Counted from the first letter of the stretch, positions 1-8,679 are shown. The stretch is 58,031 bases of DNA from a virus (IMGVR_UViG_3300022074_000043:1-58031), one strand, 5' to 3'. Notes: generated by a model from the letters alone, not told the origin. Numbers and translations: made by a program.

Positions 1-451
1 CTAGTTCATCAGATATGCGCCACGAATTGCGCCATTCTCTAGTGCTCGGTAATTGTTGCTTTTTGCATATTACCATCTTCGGCTTATTGCCGCTATCCCA
101 ATTCTGCCAGACGTGCTGTGGCACATCTTTCTGAATTAGGTACTCAATCGCTTCTTCTTCAGTCATCGCACCGACAGGCTCTGTCTGGTGCAACAAGTAA
201 CCTCTTGTATGCTTCTTGAAGTCGGGCTGCGCTTCGTCCTTTGCCAGTTCGTGATACACCCACACAGGTGGCAGGATACCGCCCTGTAGCGCACACGCCA
301 GCCAGTTAGGGTCAGGCACAAGTATCTTGGCGCACTCATCTACGCTGTCTTCATAGACCACACGGTAGTCTGACTGCACACCGTCTAGGTTTTCCTTTGC
401 CCAGCATAGGCGGTCAAATAGGTGAGTGCCTTTGAACTCTGGTGTCTGCAT
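1..451 (-). CDS. Tail-module hypothetical protein, partial (runs off window)
   Basis: Hand translation MQTPEFKGTHLFDRLCWAKENL...WRNSWRISDEL; ATG overlaps stop of upstream gene (TAATG); no stop before position 1. Confidence 0.75.
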   Translation of the reverse strand, partial: MQTPEFKGTHLFDRLCWAKENLDGVQSDYRVVYEDSVDECAKILVPDPNWLACALQGGILPPVWVYHELAKDEAQPDFKKHTRGYLLHQTEPVGAMTEEEAIEYLIQKDVPQHVWQNWDSGNKPKMVICKKQQLPSTREWRNSWRISDEL

Positions 452-837
452 TAGGCGAGGTCTCCGAATATTACTACAGAACAACCGGCTGCTATTGCAC
501 CTGTGTTTAAATCTGCTTGAGTCCCATCTTGGGCACGGTATGACTTTATATTGAAACTAGATGTAGTTTTACTAAAATAAGCAGCATTGCCATTATTTGT
601 TGTAGTTGAACTATTGCCCATAACAATGCGATAATTTACATCAGACATAGCATTAGTTATTGAAAAACTGTAATCGCCAGTCCCATTATCTACAAAACTT
701 GTTATGCCCTCTGCATCATCAATCCCGTCTGCAAAAAAGGTAACACTGCCCTTCGCACTACCATTCACAACATAGTTCGTGGCGATTGACCCAGCGGTGC
801 TGTGTTCCAGCGTATCTGCTACAATTTTTCCAGCCAT
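451..837 (-). CDS. Short tail-fibre/tip-like protein (GDLA-ending paralogue)
   Basis: N-term KIVADTL, core DNGTGDYS, C-term FGDLA shared with two upstream genes. Confidence 0.65.
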   Translation of the reverse strand: MAGKIVADTLEHSTAGSIATNYVVNGSAKGSVTFFADGIDDAEGITSFVDNGTGDYSFSITNAMSDVNYRIVMGNSSTTTNNGNAAYFSKTTSSFNIKSYRAQDGTQADLNTGAIAAGCSVVIFGDLA

Positions 838-1253
838 TATGCTAAGTCTCCTAATGAACCAAAACTAATAAAAGTTGCTTGGTCTGATGCTAGCGCACCA
901 TCAGAAGTAGTTATTTGCATACGAAATGATGACGTTGTGTTTGGAAACTGACCATCAGGAATATTAAAATTTCTTTCGCTAGTGGTTGATTTTCCTGATG
1001 TCCCAAAAACAGCGTATAAAGCATTTCCCATATTGTTAGTTCTTGCTGAAGAATAATCAGATGTTCCGTTATCTGTTAATGAAGCGCAATTAAAACTGTC
1101 CCCATAACTTATAGTTCCAGCGGAACCGTCAAATTCCCCCCACGCCTTCGCCAGCCCCTGTTGCAGAGACTGCGTAGCAGTAGCACCAACAGTCACTGTG
1201 ATGTCGTTGGCGGTGGTCTTGCCAGTGAGGGTATCTACTTTTATCTCACTCAT
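837..1253 (-). CDS. Short tail-fibre/tip-like protein (GDLA-ending paralogue)
   Basis: MSEIKVDTLT, AKAW..F, DSFN.ASLTDNGTSDY, LGDLA. Confidence 0.65.
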   Translation of the reverse strand: MSEIKVDTLTGKTTANDITVTVGATATQSLQQGLAKAWGEFDGSAGTISYGDSFNCASLTDNGTSDYSSARTNNMGNALYAVFGTSGKSTTSERNFNIPDGQFPNTTSSFRMQITTSDGALASDQATFISFGSLGDLA

Positions 1254-1603
1254 GCTAGATCTCCGTGTGCTGACGTTGCAAATGAAGCATCTACTAATGC
1301 AAAAGAGTTGTTATAAATATAAACATTTGCTTCACCAGTAGATAACGTGTTCGGCTCTGTGTTGAAATTTCCAAAAAATCCATCTGCGCCAACGTGACTG
1401 TAGCTAGTATTATTGAACGAGTTTGTCCAATTTAAATCATAGTTTCCAGTAGCACTATCAGTAATACTGCTTACATTTAAGCTGTCATTAATTACTTGAG
1501 AACTACTTACGTTTGACCAACACTTCGCCGCACTCTGCTTAGTCAGAGTGACAGGACTGGTGCCATCACTTGCTGTGATTGTGTCTGCTCTTAACTCGCT
1601 CAT
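1250..1603 (-). CDS. Short tail-fibre/tip-like protein (GDLA-ending paralogue)
   Basis: Start revised to MSELRADTIT (ATGA overlap with upstream stop); AKCW, DSLNVSSITDSATGNY, HGDLA. Confidence 0.65.
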   Translation of the reverse strand: MSELRADTITASDGTSPVTLTKQSAAKCWSNVSSSQVINDSLNVSSITDSATGNYDLNWTNSFNNTSYSHVGADGFFGNFNTEPNTLSTGEANVYIYNNSFALVDASFATSAHGDLA

Positions 1604-2082
1604 GCTATCACCAATGTACCACCAGTAGAGACTGTGATAACCACCCCTGTTGCTAACGTCAACGGACCTGCACAAAGAGCATTGTCCGTACCAGCAATCG
1701 TCACACTTGTATCAAGTTGCTTTTCGTGTACACGGAAGATATCGCCCCTGCCGCTCGCTTCATCGCCCGTGATGCCGTTGTCACCCTGAAAGTATCCAGC
1801 CTGCTGAAAACGAATAGCTCGTTCTGAAAATCCACGGTACACAACGTACACGTTATTGGTGCCAGAAGATGGCGCGGCGTCAAAGGTCAGTGAGGTGCCG
1901 CTGGCTGTGTATGACTTGCCAACCCCCGGCTCCTGTTGGACGTTGTTTACAAAAACCTCTAAGTCTTCAGATACGTTCACGGCGCGGTTTAGTGTGAACA
2001 CGGTCGTTGAACCATCGCCATTGAAATACTGGCTGGTTGGAGATGCTAGGGATTTTGCGGGTGCGCCGCCTACATAGCTCAT
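1600..2082 (-). CDS. Tail-fibre adaptor-like structural protein
   Basis: FNGDGSTTVFTL...VNNVQQEPG..Y...LTF..AP beta domain plus C-term NALCAGPLT...LVI; paralogue at 57385. Confidence 0.6.
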   Translation of the reverse strand: MSYVGGAPAKSLASPTSQYFNGDGSTTVFTLNRAVNVSEDLEVFVNNVQQEPGVGKSYTASGTSLTFDAAPSSGTNNVYVVYRGFSERAIRFQQAGYFQGDNGITGDEASGRGDIFRVHEKQLDTSVTIAGTDNALCAGPLTLATGVVITVSTGGTLVIA

Positions 2083-2086
2083 GTTC

Positions 2087-2623
2087 TTAGCCCGCTATCT
2101 CTGTTGCTGAGATGAATGAGATGCCTCTTTCCGTGTAATTGGCATCTTGGTCGCCAAGTGTTCTATTGATGTAGAGTGTGTCGTCAGTCATAAGTTGTAT
2201 GCCAACCTTGTATGTGATTGTTGAGGTTGTTGCTGGCGTGTCGAAATAATCATATCGAGCAATGTTTGGCGTAGAGTTGTTATCCGAAAGGCGAAAAGTT
2301 CTCGTTGCCATACTAACACCAACCTTCCGACTTCCTGCCGCCGCATGTCCAAGTTTGGTGCTATCTCTGTAGAAAAAGAAAACGTGTTCCCAATCATTTC
2401 CTTCAACACCAAATTCCACGAAGACATGCGCCTGTAGTTGAATGACACTTGATGCGCTTGCTGGTGTAATGTTGACTGTTAAATCTGTCAGTGCAGTGTT
2501 AGTAACTGCTGTTAGCGACACTGAGTTCGTGCCAGTAAACATCGTTCTCTGCACCTGAATGATGCCCCCAGACGGTATGCCCGATGCCGCTACACCACCA
2601 TTTATGACTTTAGAGATAGGCAT
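2087..2623 (-). CDS. Tail-fibre tip-like protein
   Basis: GGIIQVQ...LTVNITP.SASSVI...TYKV...ISATEIAG; paralogue of 56253-56810. Confidence 0.6.
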   Translation of the reverse strand: MPISKVINGGVAASGIPSGGIIQVQRTMFTGTNSVSLTAVTNTALTDLTVNITPASASSVIQLQAHVFVEFGVEGNDWEHVFFFYRDSTKLGHAAAGSRKVGVSMATRTFRLSDNNSTPNIARYDYFDTPATTSTITYKVGIQLMTDDTLYINRTLGDQDANYTERGISFISATEIAG

Positions 2624-2952
2624 CAGGTGATCTCCAGAATTGACATTGTTACGTCCGCGCCGCTTGCCTGACTAGCCGTAACCTTCAGCACATCTGATGC
2701 GTTCATAACAATCTTTTGATCACCCCCAACTGCAACGAGCGAAGATCCAACAGGGACGATTGCGTCCTTTACGATATACACATTGTCGCCATCATTGTTT
2801 TCTAATTGCACATCCACCGTGATTGTAGATGTCAGGATGTTAGCCACGTTCAGGCCGATGATGGTTGTTTCTGTAGCGCCGGGGCAGGTGTAGATTGTAG
2901 CCGGACTCGTACCTACCGCTGTGTCTGTGACTGTCTTAAACGAGTTCGCCAT
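2623..2952 (-). CDS. Virion structural protein (small beta-rich)
   Basis: Coupled ORF in tail operon, MANSFK...IYTCP...ILEIT. Confidence 0.55.
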   Translation of the reverse strand: MANSFKTVTDTAVGTSPATIYTCPGATETTIIGLNVANILTSTITVDVQLENNDGDNVYIVKDAIVPVGSSLVAVGGDQKIVMNASDVLKVTASQASGADVTMSILEIT

Positions 2953-2956
2953 GTCT

Positions 2957-3337
2957 TTATCCTAACGCAATTGCAAAAGCCAGCGCTTGCGGGTCTTGCT
3001 CTGTAAACCCTTGTACGCTTCCGCTAGCATCTAAAAAAACCATTTTTTCTGCTGGCAAGGTACAAAATATTGTACGGGTTCCTGAAGTCCAATTCACCGC
3101 AGCATCTGAATTACTGGACTGCAAGATAGTTGTACGAGCTAATGTCGTGCCAGAAGTCGTGTAGGTGCCAATACCTGTCTCAAAGTCCGTTCCATCGGTG
3201 CATGTATAGTAGGTAGTGTTGCCATCACCCACTTCACCAAATGTTTCAAAACCAGTTACCGCGCCAGCTAGTGTGTATGTGCCAGTGCCTGTGGTGGTTG
3301 TGGTTTCTTTTACACGATCTTTAAGGACCAGTGCCAT
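2957..3337 (-). CDS. Tail structural protein
   Basis: MALVLKDRVKETTTTTGTGTYTL N-terminus typical of phage tail proteins; ends ALAFAIALG. Confidence 0.6.
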   Translation of the reverse strand: MALVLKDRVKETTTTTGTGTYTLAGAVTGFETFGEVGDGNTTYYTCTDGTDFETGIGTYTTSGTTLARTTILQSSNSDAAVNWTSGTRTIFCTLPAEKMVFLDASGSVQGFTEQDPQALAFAIALG

Positions 3338-3765
3338 TACTTCAACTCAATAGTTAAGTTACTTGCATTGATTCTAAAGATGTCTCCACTGGCTATCGTT
3401 TTGTTAGCGTCGAGTGCGCCAACGAACAAAATGTTTCCAGAGCTAGCCGCGTCTACAATAAAGGCATGTGTAATAGTGTTTGATGTACCCGTGGATGCAG
3501 GAAACTCAATGTTTGCCGCGTTTGTTACCGTTTGTTGGTCAGCAGAAGAAGAAGCCAAAGTCCAATTTGCTGCTGTGACTTGCTGTCTAGCGTAACTTCC
3601 AAAAGTAGCTTCTGTTAATGAGCCAGCTTCCGCGTCACTTACTGCCGTTGCTAGCCCAACATAAATACTGTCGCCCGGGGTCGAAAGACTTCCAGCGTTA
3701 TTTTTGAAGAGAAAGCTAAGAAGCTTGTTCTCCAAGTAGGTGGTTGCTGCGTTTGATGTTGCCAT
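3337..3765 (-). CDS. Tail structural protein
   Basis: YLENKLL...YVGL.TA...YARQ...IEFP...G.ITH..I.DA.SSGN.L pattern of phage tail proteins. Confidence 0.6.
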   Translation of the reverse strand: MATSNAATTYLENKLLSFLFKNNAGSLSTPGDSIYVGLATAVSDAEAGSLTEATFGSYARQQVTAANWTLASSSADQQTVTNAANIEFPASTGTSNTITHAFIVDAASSGNILFVGALDANKTIASGDIFRINASNLTIELK

Positions 3766-3781
3766 CGTTCTTTACTCCTAG

Positions 3782-4429
3782 TTAAGTGCGTGGCCTATCA
3801 GGTAGACCTCTCCTGTAGGCATCGCTATTCTCTCTAGCTTCTGCCAAATCTTTTAGACGCTGTATTTCCTGTGCAAACCTTTGTTCGTACAGTTGCATCA
3901 TGTCTGCTTCGCCCTTCATGTAAGTATACGCCTCGACAAGTGAGCCGTAAAGAAGGACGTTTGGAGCGTTAGTGCTCAGCCAGCTTGTGCCACTGTCAAC
4001 TCCTGCCGTTAAGCTGGTTGGGCGATAGTAATAATGAAGTTCTGTTGTATAGGCTGCGTCTGGTGTGGGGCTAAGTATAAAATTGTTTACATCAAATACA
4101 CCGTAGTATTTTGGTGTACCGTTAGCATTCGTATCTATCGCATACCGTTGAATAAAGTTCACATCCTTAAAATCTAAAAATGATTTGCTACCTGCTGTGG
4201 TTATCTGTAGAGAAAAAGGGGCAAGGTAATCACTAGGAACCGTCAAATATTCACTTCCAAGTGTTAGTGTGGCATTTGCGTTTTTGCGAAATAGTTCTAA
4301 GTCAACAAGTGTAAACACCCGGTCTTCTGCGCTGCGTATAAACACAGGCAGGTTCGTCACGAAAGTTGTTTCCGTGTTCTCTGCAAAATCCTGAATAGCT
4401 GTTTTTAGCTCTGCGTATGTAAAAGACAT
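3782..4429 (-). CDS. Head-tail adaptor / tail tubular protein A-like
   Basis: TYAELKTAIQDF...FI..AE.R...GTPKYY...PTPD..Y..ELHYY.RP...LLYGSLVEAY. Confidence 0.65.
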   Translation of the reverse strand: MSFTYAELKTAIQDFAENTETTFVTNLPVFIRSAEDRVFTLVDLELFRKNANATLTLGSEYLTVPSDYLAPFSLQITTAGSKSFLDFKDVNFIQRYAIDTNANGTPKYYGVFDVNNFILSPTPDAAYTTELHYYYRPTSLTAGVDSGTSWLSTNAPNVLLYGSLVEAYTYMKGEADMMQLYEQRFAQEIQRLKDLAEARENSDAYRRGLPDRPRT

Positions 4430-4439
4430 TTTATGTTCA

Positions 4440-5093
4440 CTATACTATTGTTATGTTTCCAACCATGCCGCTATGAGTGGTGCATTGATATACCAAAGAC
4501 GTATCACTAGGCTCATGCGGAACAATAAATTGAGTTAACCCCTGAGTGCTATTGAAATTATCTGTAACACCTGTTGTAAAAGCCGAGCCGCCAGAAGAAG
4601 TTCTTATCTGTAGCGGGTGACCGCTAACATACGAAGAGTTATCTATCAGGTAAGTGTGACCTTTGTAAAAGCTAAAATTGGGGTTGTTTCCAGCAGTAGC
4701 TCCCGGTCCAGAAAATTGATAAGCAGATCCTGTCGCCGCAGTCGTTGTGTATTTAGTCACTGGACCACTAGTTTCGTCGTTCAATTTAAGCCAGTTACCA
4801 CCATGAGCAAAATAAAGACCACCCGTTGCATGAACATGAGCCACAGCCCCGTGATATGTGGATGCACTTGGTAAATCACTAAGAGCAGCGTAATAAAATA
4901 CTATTTTATTGGCCCCGGAACTAACGTCCAAAAGACCGTTTGCATCTATAATATCCGTTAGGACATTGGAACTATTACCTAACGCTGCATAAATCTCATC
5001 AAAGTTATCGTTTATTTTGTCCGCACCAACACGAAGACTGTCTCCAGTGCCGTCATTTGCCGTTGTTCCAATTCCTACTGCCTGCTTTGCCAT
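4440..5093 (-). CDS. Virion protein with T4 gp9/gp10-like N-terminus and cupredoxin-like C-terminus
   Basis: KQ..GIGTTANDGTGDSLR.G..KIN.NF.EIY; C-term HPLQI...YQCTTHSGMVG. Confidence 0.55.
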   Translation of the reverse strand: MAKQAVGIGTTANDGTGDSLRVGADKINDNFDEIYAALGNSSNVLTDIIDANGLLDVSSGANKIVFYYAALSDLPSASTYHGAVAHVHATGGLYFAHGGNWLKLNDETSGPVTKYTTTAATGSAYQFSGPGATAGNNPNFSFYKGHTYLIDNSSYVSGHPLQIRTSSGGSAFTTGVTDNFNSTQGLTQFIVPHEPSDTSLVYQCTTHSGMVGNITIV

Positions 5094-5669
5094 TTAACCC
5101 TCGTCGAAAGTCTTATTTGTTGAGTCGAGTGTAACATTTGTTGCGTCAAAGGTCGATGCGGCTGTAGATGACGCTGTTCCGGGTGCAACAGTTATATTAA
5201 GTCCGCCCCCTCTTAAATTACCAACAGATGCTGTGCCAACCGCAGTTATGGTGTAAGAATTAGAGTCTACAACAGTAATTGAAAATCCTGCGGCCTTTTG
5301 TAGATTAGCAGAAGTAAATCCGTCAAATGCATTTACCTTACGAAAAATAACAACGTCCGATGTGCTGCGGTTATGAGAAGGCTCAAACACAGTTATAACT
5401 GAAGATCCAGCCGTTCCTGATTCAAAAGGATTTGGGGTTAGAAGAAGTCTTTGACCTTCTGTCTCAGTCCGTTGATCTGGTCTTGGCTGATACAAAGCTT
5501 GCGGGTCAGAACCCGGACGTATCGGCTCTAGCTGCGGGTGCTTTGGCTCGTACTCATCCGGGCCAACTTTAGCGCCATTCCACTCAGTGATCATTTCAGC
5601 CAGACGATACCGAAACCCGGATCTGTCTGAGTAACCCCAAGCTTTTTTACCTGAAGCATATCGCGCCAT
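5094..5669 (-). CDS. Virion structural protein
   Basis: YASGK.A...DRSGFRY...EWNG..V..DEYEPKHPQL N-domain plus small beta-barrel domain. Confidence 0.55.
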   Translation of the reverse strand: MARYASGKKAWGYSDRSGFRYRLAEMITEWNGAKVGPDEYEPKHPQLEPIRPGSDPQALYQPRPDQRTETEGQRLLLTPNPFESGTAGSSVITVFEPSHNRSTSDVVIFRKVNAFDGFTSANLQKAAGFSITVVDSNSYTITAVGTASVGNLRGGGLNITVAPGTASSTAASTFDATNVTLDSTNKTFDEG

Positions 5670-6337
5670 TAGTTAACCCTCAAGTATTGTATACTTGGCT
5701 GAATCTTGAGTGGCACACGATCTTCGTCTTCTGCCGCCGCACGTTGGAACTCTTCTTCGTACATGGACTTCAGCAACTGCACACGTTCTGGTGCCTTCTT
5801 TACAGATAAGTAGTACGCCAAGCCAGCTACCATACAAGGGTAGAACCGGAAAGGCAGATCATTTGTATTAACTAGCGTGTCGGCATCTTCAATACGAGAC
5901 ACATAGTAGTACACCAACGTGTCAGTGGAGTTTTCGGGTGTGGTCCACAATGTAATCTCTGGGATAATCTTGCGGTTGTAGTAATACTGGCTAGGACGGC
6001 CTTGTGTTGTCTTGTTAGGCAGTGCCAAGTATTCTGCGCGGGACATGCGGGTTAGCTCGTAGTCTACACCGCTGCGACGAATCACAACTTCTAGCAGGTC
6101 AGTGTATGTTGCGTTAAATGCGTAGGTAGCTGTGCCCTGAGTCAAAGCTTGTGTGCCTTGCTTCACTGTCCACAAGTTAAGACCACGGTTGGCCCAATCC
6201 GCAAACATTAAGTTAAGAGAGCGACGTGCTGTTTTAGCATCGTAGCCCGTGCGTAATTCAAGACCGCACCGCTCGTATGCTTCTTCGATAATCTCAGCTA
6301 CGTCTAGCTCAAAGTTGTACGATCCTGAAGTTGCCAT
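5669..6337 (-). CDS. Head-tail connector/adaptor protein
   Basis: IIEEAYERCG...ARRSLNLMFADWANRGLNLW...GRPSQYY...LAYYLS; position after capsid cluster. Confidence 0.65.
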   Translation of the reverse strand: MATSGSYNFELDVAEIIEEAYERCGLELRTGYDAKTARRSLNLMFADWANRGLNLWTVKQGTQALTQGTATYAFNATYTDLLEVVIRRSGVDYELTRMSRAEYLALPNKTTQGRPSQYYYNRKIIPEITLWTTPENSTDTLVYYYVSRIEDADTLVNTNDLPFRFYPCMVAGLAYYLSVKKAPERVQLLKSMYEEEFQRAAAEDEDRVPLKIQPSIQYLRVN

Positions 6338-6544
6338 TTACTTCTTCCTGTGTGTGCCGCCGTAACCTTTTTTGACTACGCCTTTACCAATTAAAATGTC
6401 TTTTTGTGTAACCTTTCCGTCACCACTTAAATCAGGGAAGTTACCGCCGCCCATTTTAAAACGATTCCGCATAGGACCTTTGCTGTTACGAGTGGGCATA
6501 GACATAGCGCCGCCCATAGCTTTACGAGGAGAACAGTGTGACAT
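6338..6544 (-). CDS. Small basic protein with EF-hand-like loop
   Basis: PDLSGDGKVTQKDIL; GG motifs; coupled to neighbours. Confidence 0.6.
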   Translation of the reverse strand: MSHCSPRKAMGGAMSMPTRNSKGPMRNRFKMGGGNFPDLSGDGKVTQKDILIGKGVVKKGYGGTHRKK

Positions 6545-6822
6545 TATTTCTTCCTTCTCTTTAGTGATTTAACACGACGTGGCTTGCCTGCTGGCTGACC
6601 TAAACTTTTCTTCTGTGATATTCTACTACGTTTTTCAGCGGCTGTCATTTCTCCCGAGGTTTTGGGAGTTTTAGAACTGACACGTTTGGAGGGGCGGCAA
6701 TATGGAGTACCCCGTTTTTCACCCTTGCGACGCCCACACGGCTTCCCCGTGCGTACATCTTTCCATTCTTCTTTGAACCACCGCTTGAGTGACGCACCTT
6801 TTTTGGTCTTTCTTACTGCCAT
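6544..6822 (-). CDS. Small highly basic protein
   Basis: LKRWFKEEWKDV.TGKPCGR...PYCRPSKRVSSKTPKT; K/R-rich. Confidence 0.65.
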   Translation of the reverse strand: MAVRKTKKGASLKRWFKEEWKDVRTGKPCGRRKGEKRGTPYCRPSKRVSSKTPKTSGEMTAAEKRSRISQKKSLGQPAGKPRRVKSLKRRKK

Positions 6823-6823
6823 A

Positions 6824-7318
6824 TTAATATCCTGCGGCCCACGCTACAGACACCATTAGAAACGCAAACAATGCTACAGCAACTAGAATAACACCCCCGA
6901 TTATTAAAGTAGTCTTTATGGCTTCCTCTAGTTCTTGCTGCTTTAACCTTTGTTCTTTTCTAGCCTGCGCGGCCTGCTCCTTTGCTTCCTGTATCCGTCT
7001 GGCTCGTTCATCTACAATACTCTGCCAAGTCCCCGGTCCAAAGCGCATATCGACCAGTGTACGCATTTCGTTTATTTTTTCTTGCGCTAACCTAGCATCT
7101 ATAACTTCTTGCGCGACCTTATTAATACCAAACTGATCACCTATTCCTGAACCTGATTTCTTCGCACGTTGTTCTTGTACCTGCTTCTCGCCAGTTAGTA
7201 GACTGTCTATCTGACCAGCTATCTGTCCTATATCCTGCGCTGTGGATATGTTTTCTTTGATAAATTTGACAGACTGCTGTACTAGAGCAATTCCGGTCAG
7301 CACTTCTGCCACTACCAT
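6824..7318 (-). CDS. Coiled-coil protein with C-terminal transmembrane helix
   Basis: Hydrophobic C-terminal ~25 aa; GGAGA SD upstream. Confidence 0.65.
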   Translation of the reverse strand: MVVAEVLTGIALVQQSVKFIKENISTAQDIGQIAGQIDSLLTGEKQVQEQRAKKSGSGIGDQFGINKVAQEVIDARLAQEKINEMRTLVDMRFGPGTWQSIVDERARRIQEAKEQAAQARKEQRLKQQELEEAIKTTLIIGGVILVAVALFAFLMVSVAWAAGY

Positions 7319-7359
7319 TTTTATCTCCCTATCGTGGCGTCAGCTTTATGTCGCCACTA

Positions 7360-7533
7360 TCAATATATGTTGGTTGTGCGGTACTTGTATGTTCCACCTT
7401 TGGCTTTTTTAGTTTTGTTCCCCCAGTTTGCTGCACCGACTTTACGACACTTGGCGATTGCCCCGCTTGCATACGCCGACGGGAAGACCTTATATCTGCG
7501 CTTAACTTTTTGGTAACATGCATCTTTAGCCAT
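7360..7533 (-). CDS. Small basic protein
   Basis: Start revised to MAKDACYQKVKRRYKVFPSAYASGAIAKCRK. Confidence 0.65.
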   Translation of the reverse strand: MAKDACYQKVKRRYKVFPSAYASGAIAKCRKVGAANWGNKTKKAKGGTYKYRTTNIY

Positions 7534-7684
7534 TCTTCCTTTTCCTTTTTGCTGCACAGTGTGCCTTTTCACTAAACCCGCGTGGACGTTTGCAGTTTAC
7601 TTTTGTTTTACGTTTTTTACTCCACTTGCTTTTTTGTGGAGGCTTTGACACCTGCTGTCTCATTGACCCACGCGATATCGCCAT
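7526..7684 (-). CDS. Small basic protein (52 aa, not in ORF track)
   Basis: Hand translation MAISRGSMRQQVSKPPQKSKWSKKRKTKVNCKRPRGFSEKAHCAAKRKRKNG; fills operon gap. Confidence 0.6.
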   Translation of the reverse strand: MAISRGSMRQQVSKPPQKSKWSKKRKTKVNCKRPRGFSEKAHCAAKRKRKNG

Positions 7685-7847
7685 CTCTGTTCTCCAAAAA
7701 ATCATCCCACAAGACTGTTAACATCTTGTGATTTTCGCTAACTTTCTGATTTATTACAGCCGTATCTGTCTTTAGATCTACAATCGACATTGCAATCCAA
7801 GCCACAAAACCAAGTATAGCCGTAACGAATATGTTTAACATTTCCAT
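7617..7847 (-). CDS. Small membrane-anchored coiled-coil protein
   Basis: N-terminal hydrophobic helix followed by heptad stretch. Confidence 0.55.
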   Translation of the reverse strand: MEMLNIFVTAILGFVAWIAMSIVDLKTDTAVINQKVSENHKMLTVLWDDFLENRDGDIAWVNETAGVKASTKKQVE

Positions 7848-8122
7848 CTCCGCCGGGCAGCGCAGATACGCTTTTTAGGCGTCTTGCTACAATTAATGTT
7901 GTGCATCTTCATCTGTCCTTTTGAACGACTACAGTATGAAGCGCGACGTTTAGCAGATGCTGACCCCTTCTTTACTTTACCAGTAACAGCGGTCTTTAAC
8001 TTTGACCCGGGGTTGGCACGGCGGTACGCCGCCACACCAGCCTTGGTCATCCCCGCTCCAGATTTTGTGGAGCGGAAATTTTTCTTGTTACGACTTGGCA
8101 TTTTGGCTGGCTTTCTAGCCAT
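7835..8122 (-). CDS. Small highly basic protein
   Basis: Start revised to MARKPAK; GAGMTKAGVAAYRRANPGSKLKTAVT...RRASYC.RS.GQM...ARRRWKC. Confidence 0.65.
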   Translation of the reverse strand: MARKPAKMPSRNKKNFRSTKSGAGMTKAGVAAYRRANPGSKLKTAVTGKVKKGSASAKRRASYCSRSKGQMKMHNINCSKTPKKRICAARRRWKC

Positions 8123-8394
8123 TAGCCAAAGAATCCAGTGAGCGAATCCACGTTGGTAAGCGTCACATGACACTCGTCATCGAAGATCATACCGTGATCG
8201 GGTATGGTGATTTGATTGTCATCCGATGTGTGAAACACCATAGACAGTTGAGTTGCACCGCCGCTGCCGTTTTTAAACACCACCGCAGGTGACCCGCTGG
8301 AAGCTGTCTTTACATAGAAAGCTTTTAAACGATTTCTACCACCCAGCACTGTTCCGGTAGCTGTAACTGTTTTTGCTGTAATAGAAGCAGCCAT
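8122..8394 (-). CDS. Putative virion protein
   Basis: GGAGG SD, small beta-rich protein downstream of capsid. Confidence 0.6.
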   Translation of the reverse strand: MAASITAKTVTATGTVLGGRNRLKAFYVKTASSGSPAVVFKNGSGGATQLSMVFHTSDDNQITIPDHGMIFDDECHVTLTNVDSLTGFFG

Positions 8395-8406
8395 TACGCC
8401 CTCCTA

Positions 8407-8616
8407 CTAGCTAAGTGCCGCGCCTATAGCGGTAACCCAAGCAGCGCCTGTGTTGATTACCAAACAATACTCGTTGTTACCAGAACCATTGTCGCTGATT
8501 ACATAAACAGTCCCTTCGGGAACATCCGCGTTTGCTGGAAGGTTCGCAGTTGTAACAACCGGATAAATGAAGGCCGCGTCAGACTTGACGGGACCGGAGA
8601 AAGTAGAACGAGCCAT
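8407..8616 (-). CDS. Putative capsid-associated protein
   Basis: MARSTFSGPVKS N-terminus, AGGAG SD, directly after capsid gene. Confidence 0.6.
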   Translation of the reverse strand: MARSTFSGPVKSDAAFIYPVVTTANLPANADVPEGTVYVISDNGSGNNEYCLVINTGAAWVTAIGAALS

Positions 8617-8679
8617 TTAGATCTCCTGTCGTGGCTAGTGTCAGCCGCACCATGCGACTGTCAGGGATAAGTGATTATA
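8617..8679 (-). promoter_or_regulatory. Candidate -10 box plus structured 5' leader covering the SD
   Basis: TATAAT at 8679-8674; hairpin CAGTCGCA-TGG-TGCGGCTG; ATCCCTG can pair with CAGGAGAT. Confidence 0.4.

Noticed and set aside
451-2623. Diversity-generating retroelement or invertase shufflon acting on fibre genes
   Set aside because: No reverse transcriptase or recombinase, no adenine-specific TR/VR pair, and all tips are on one strand
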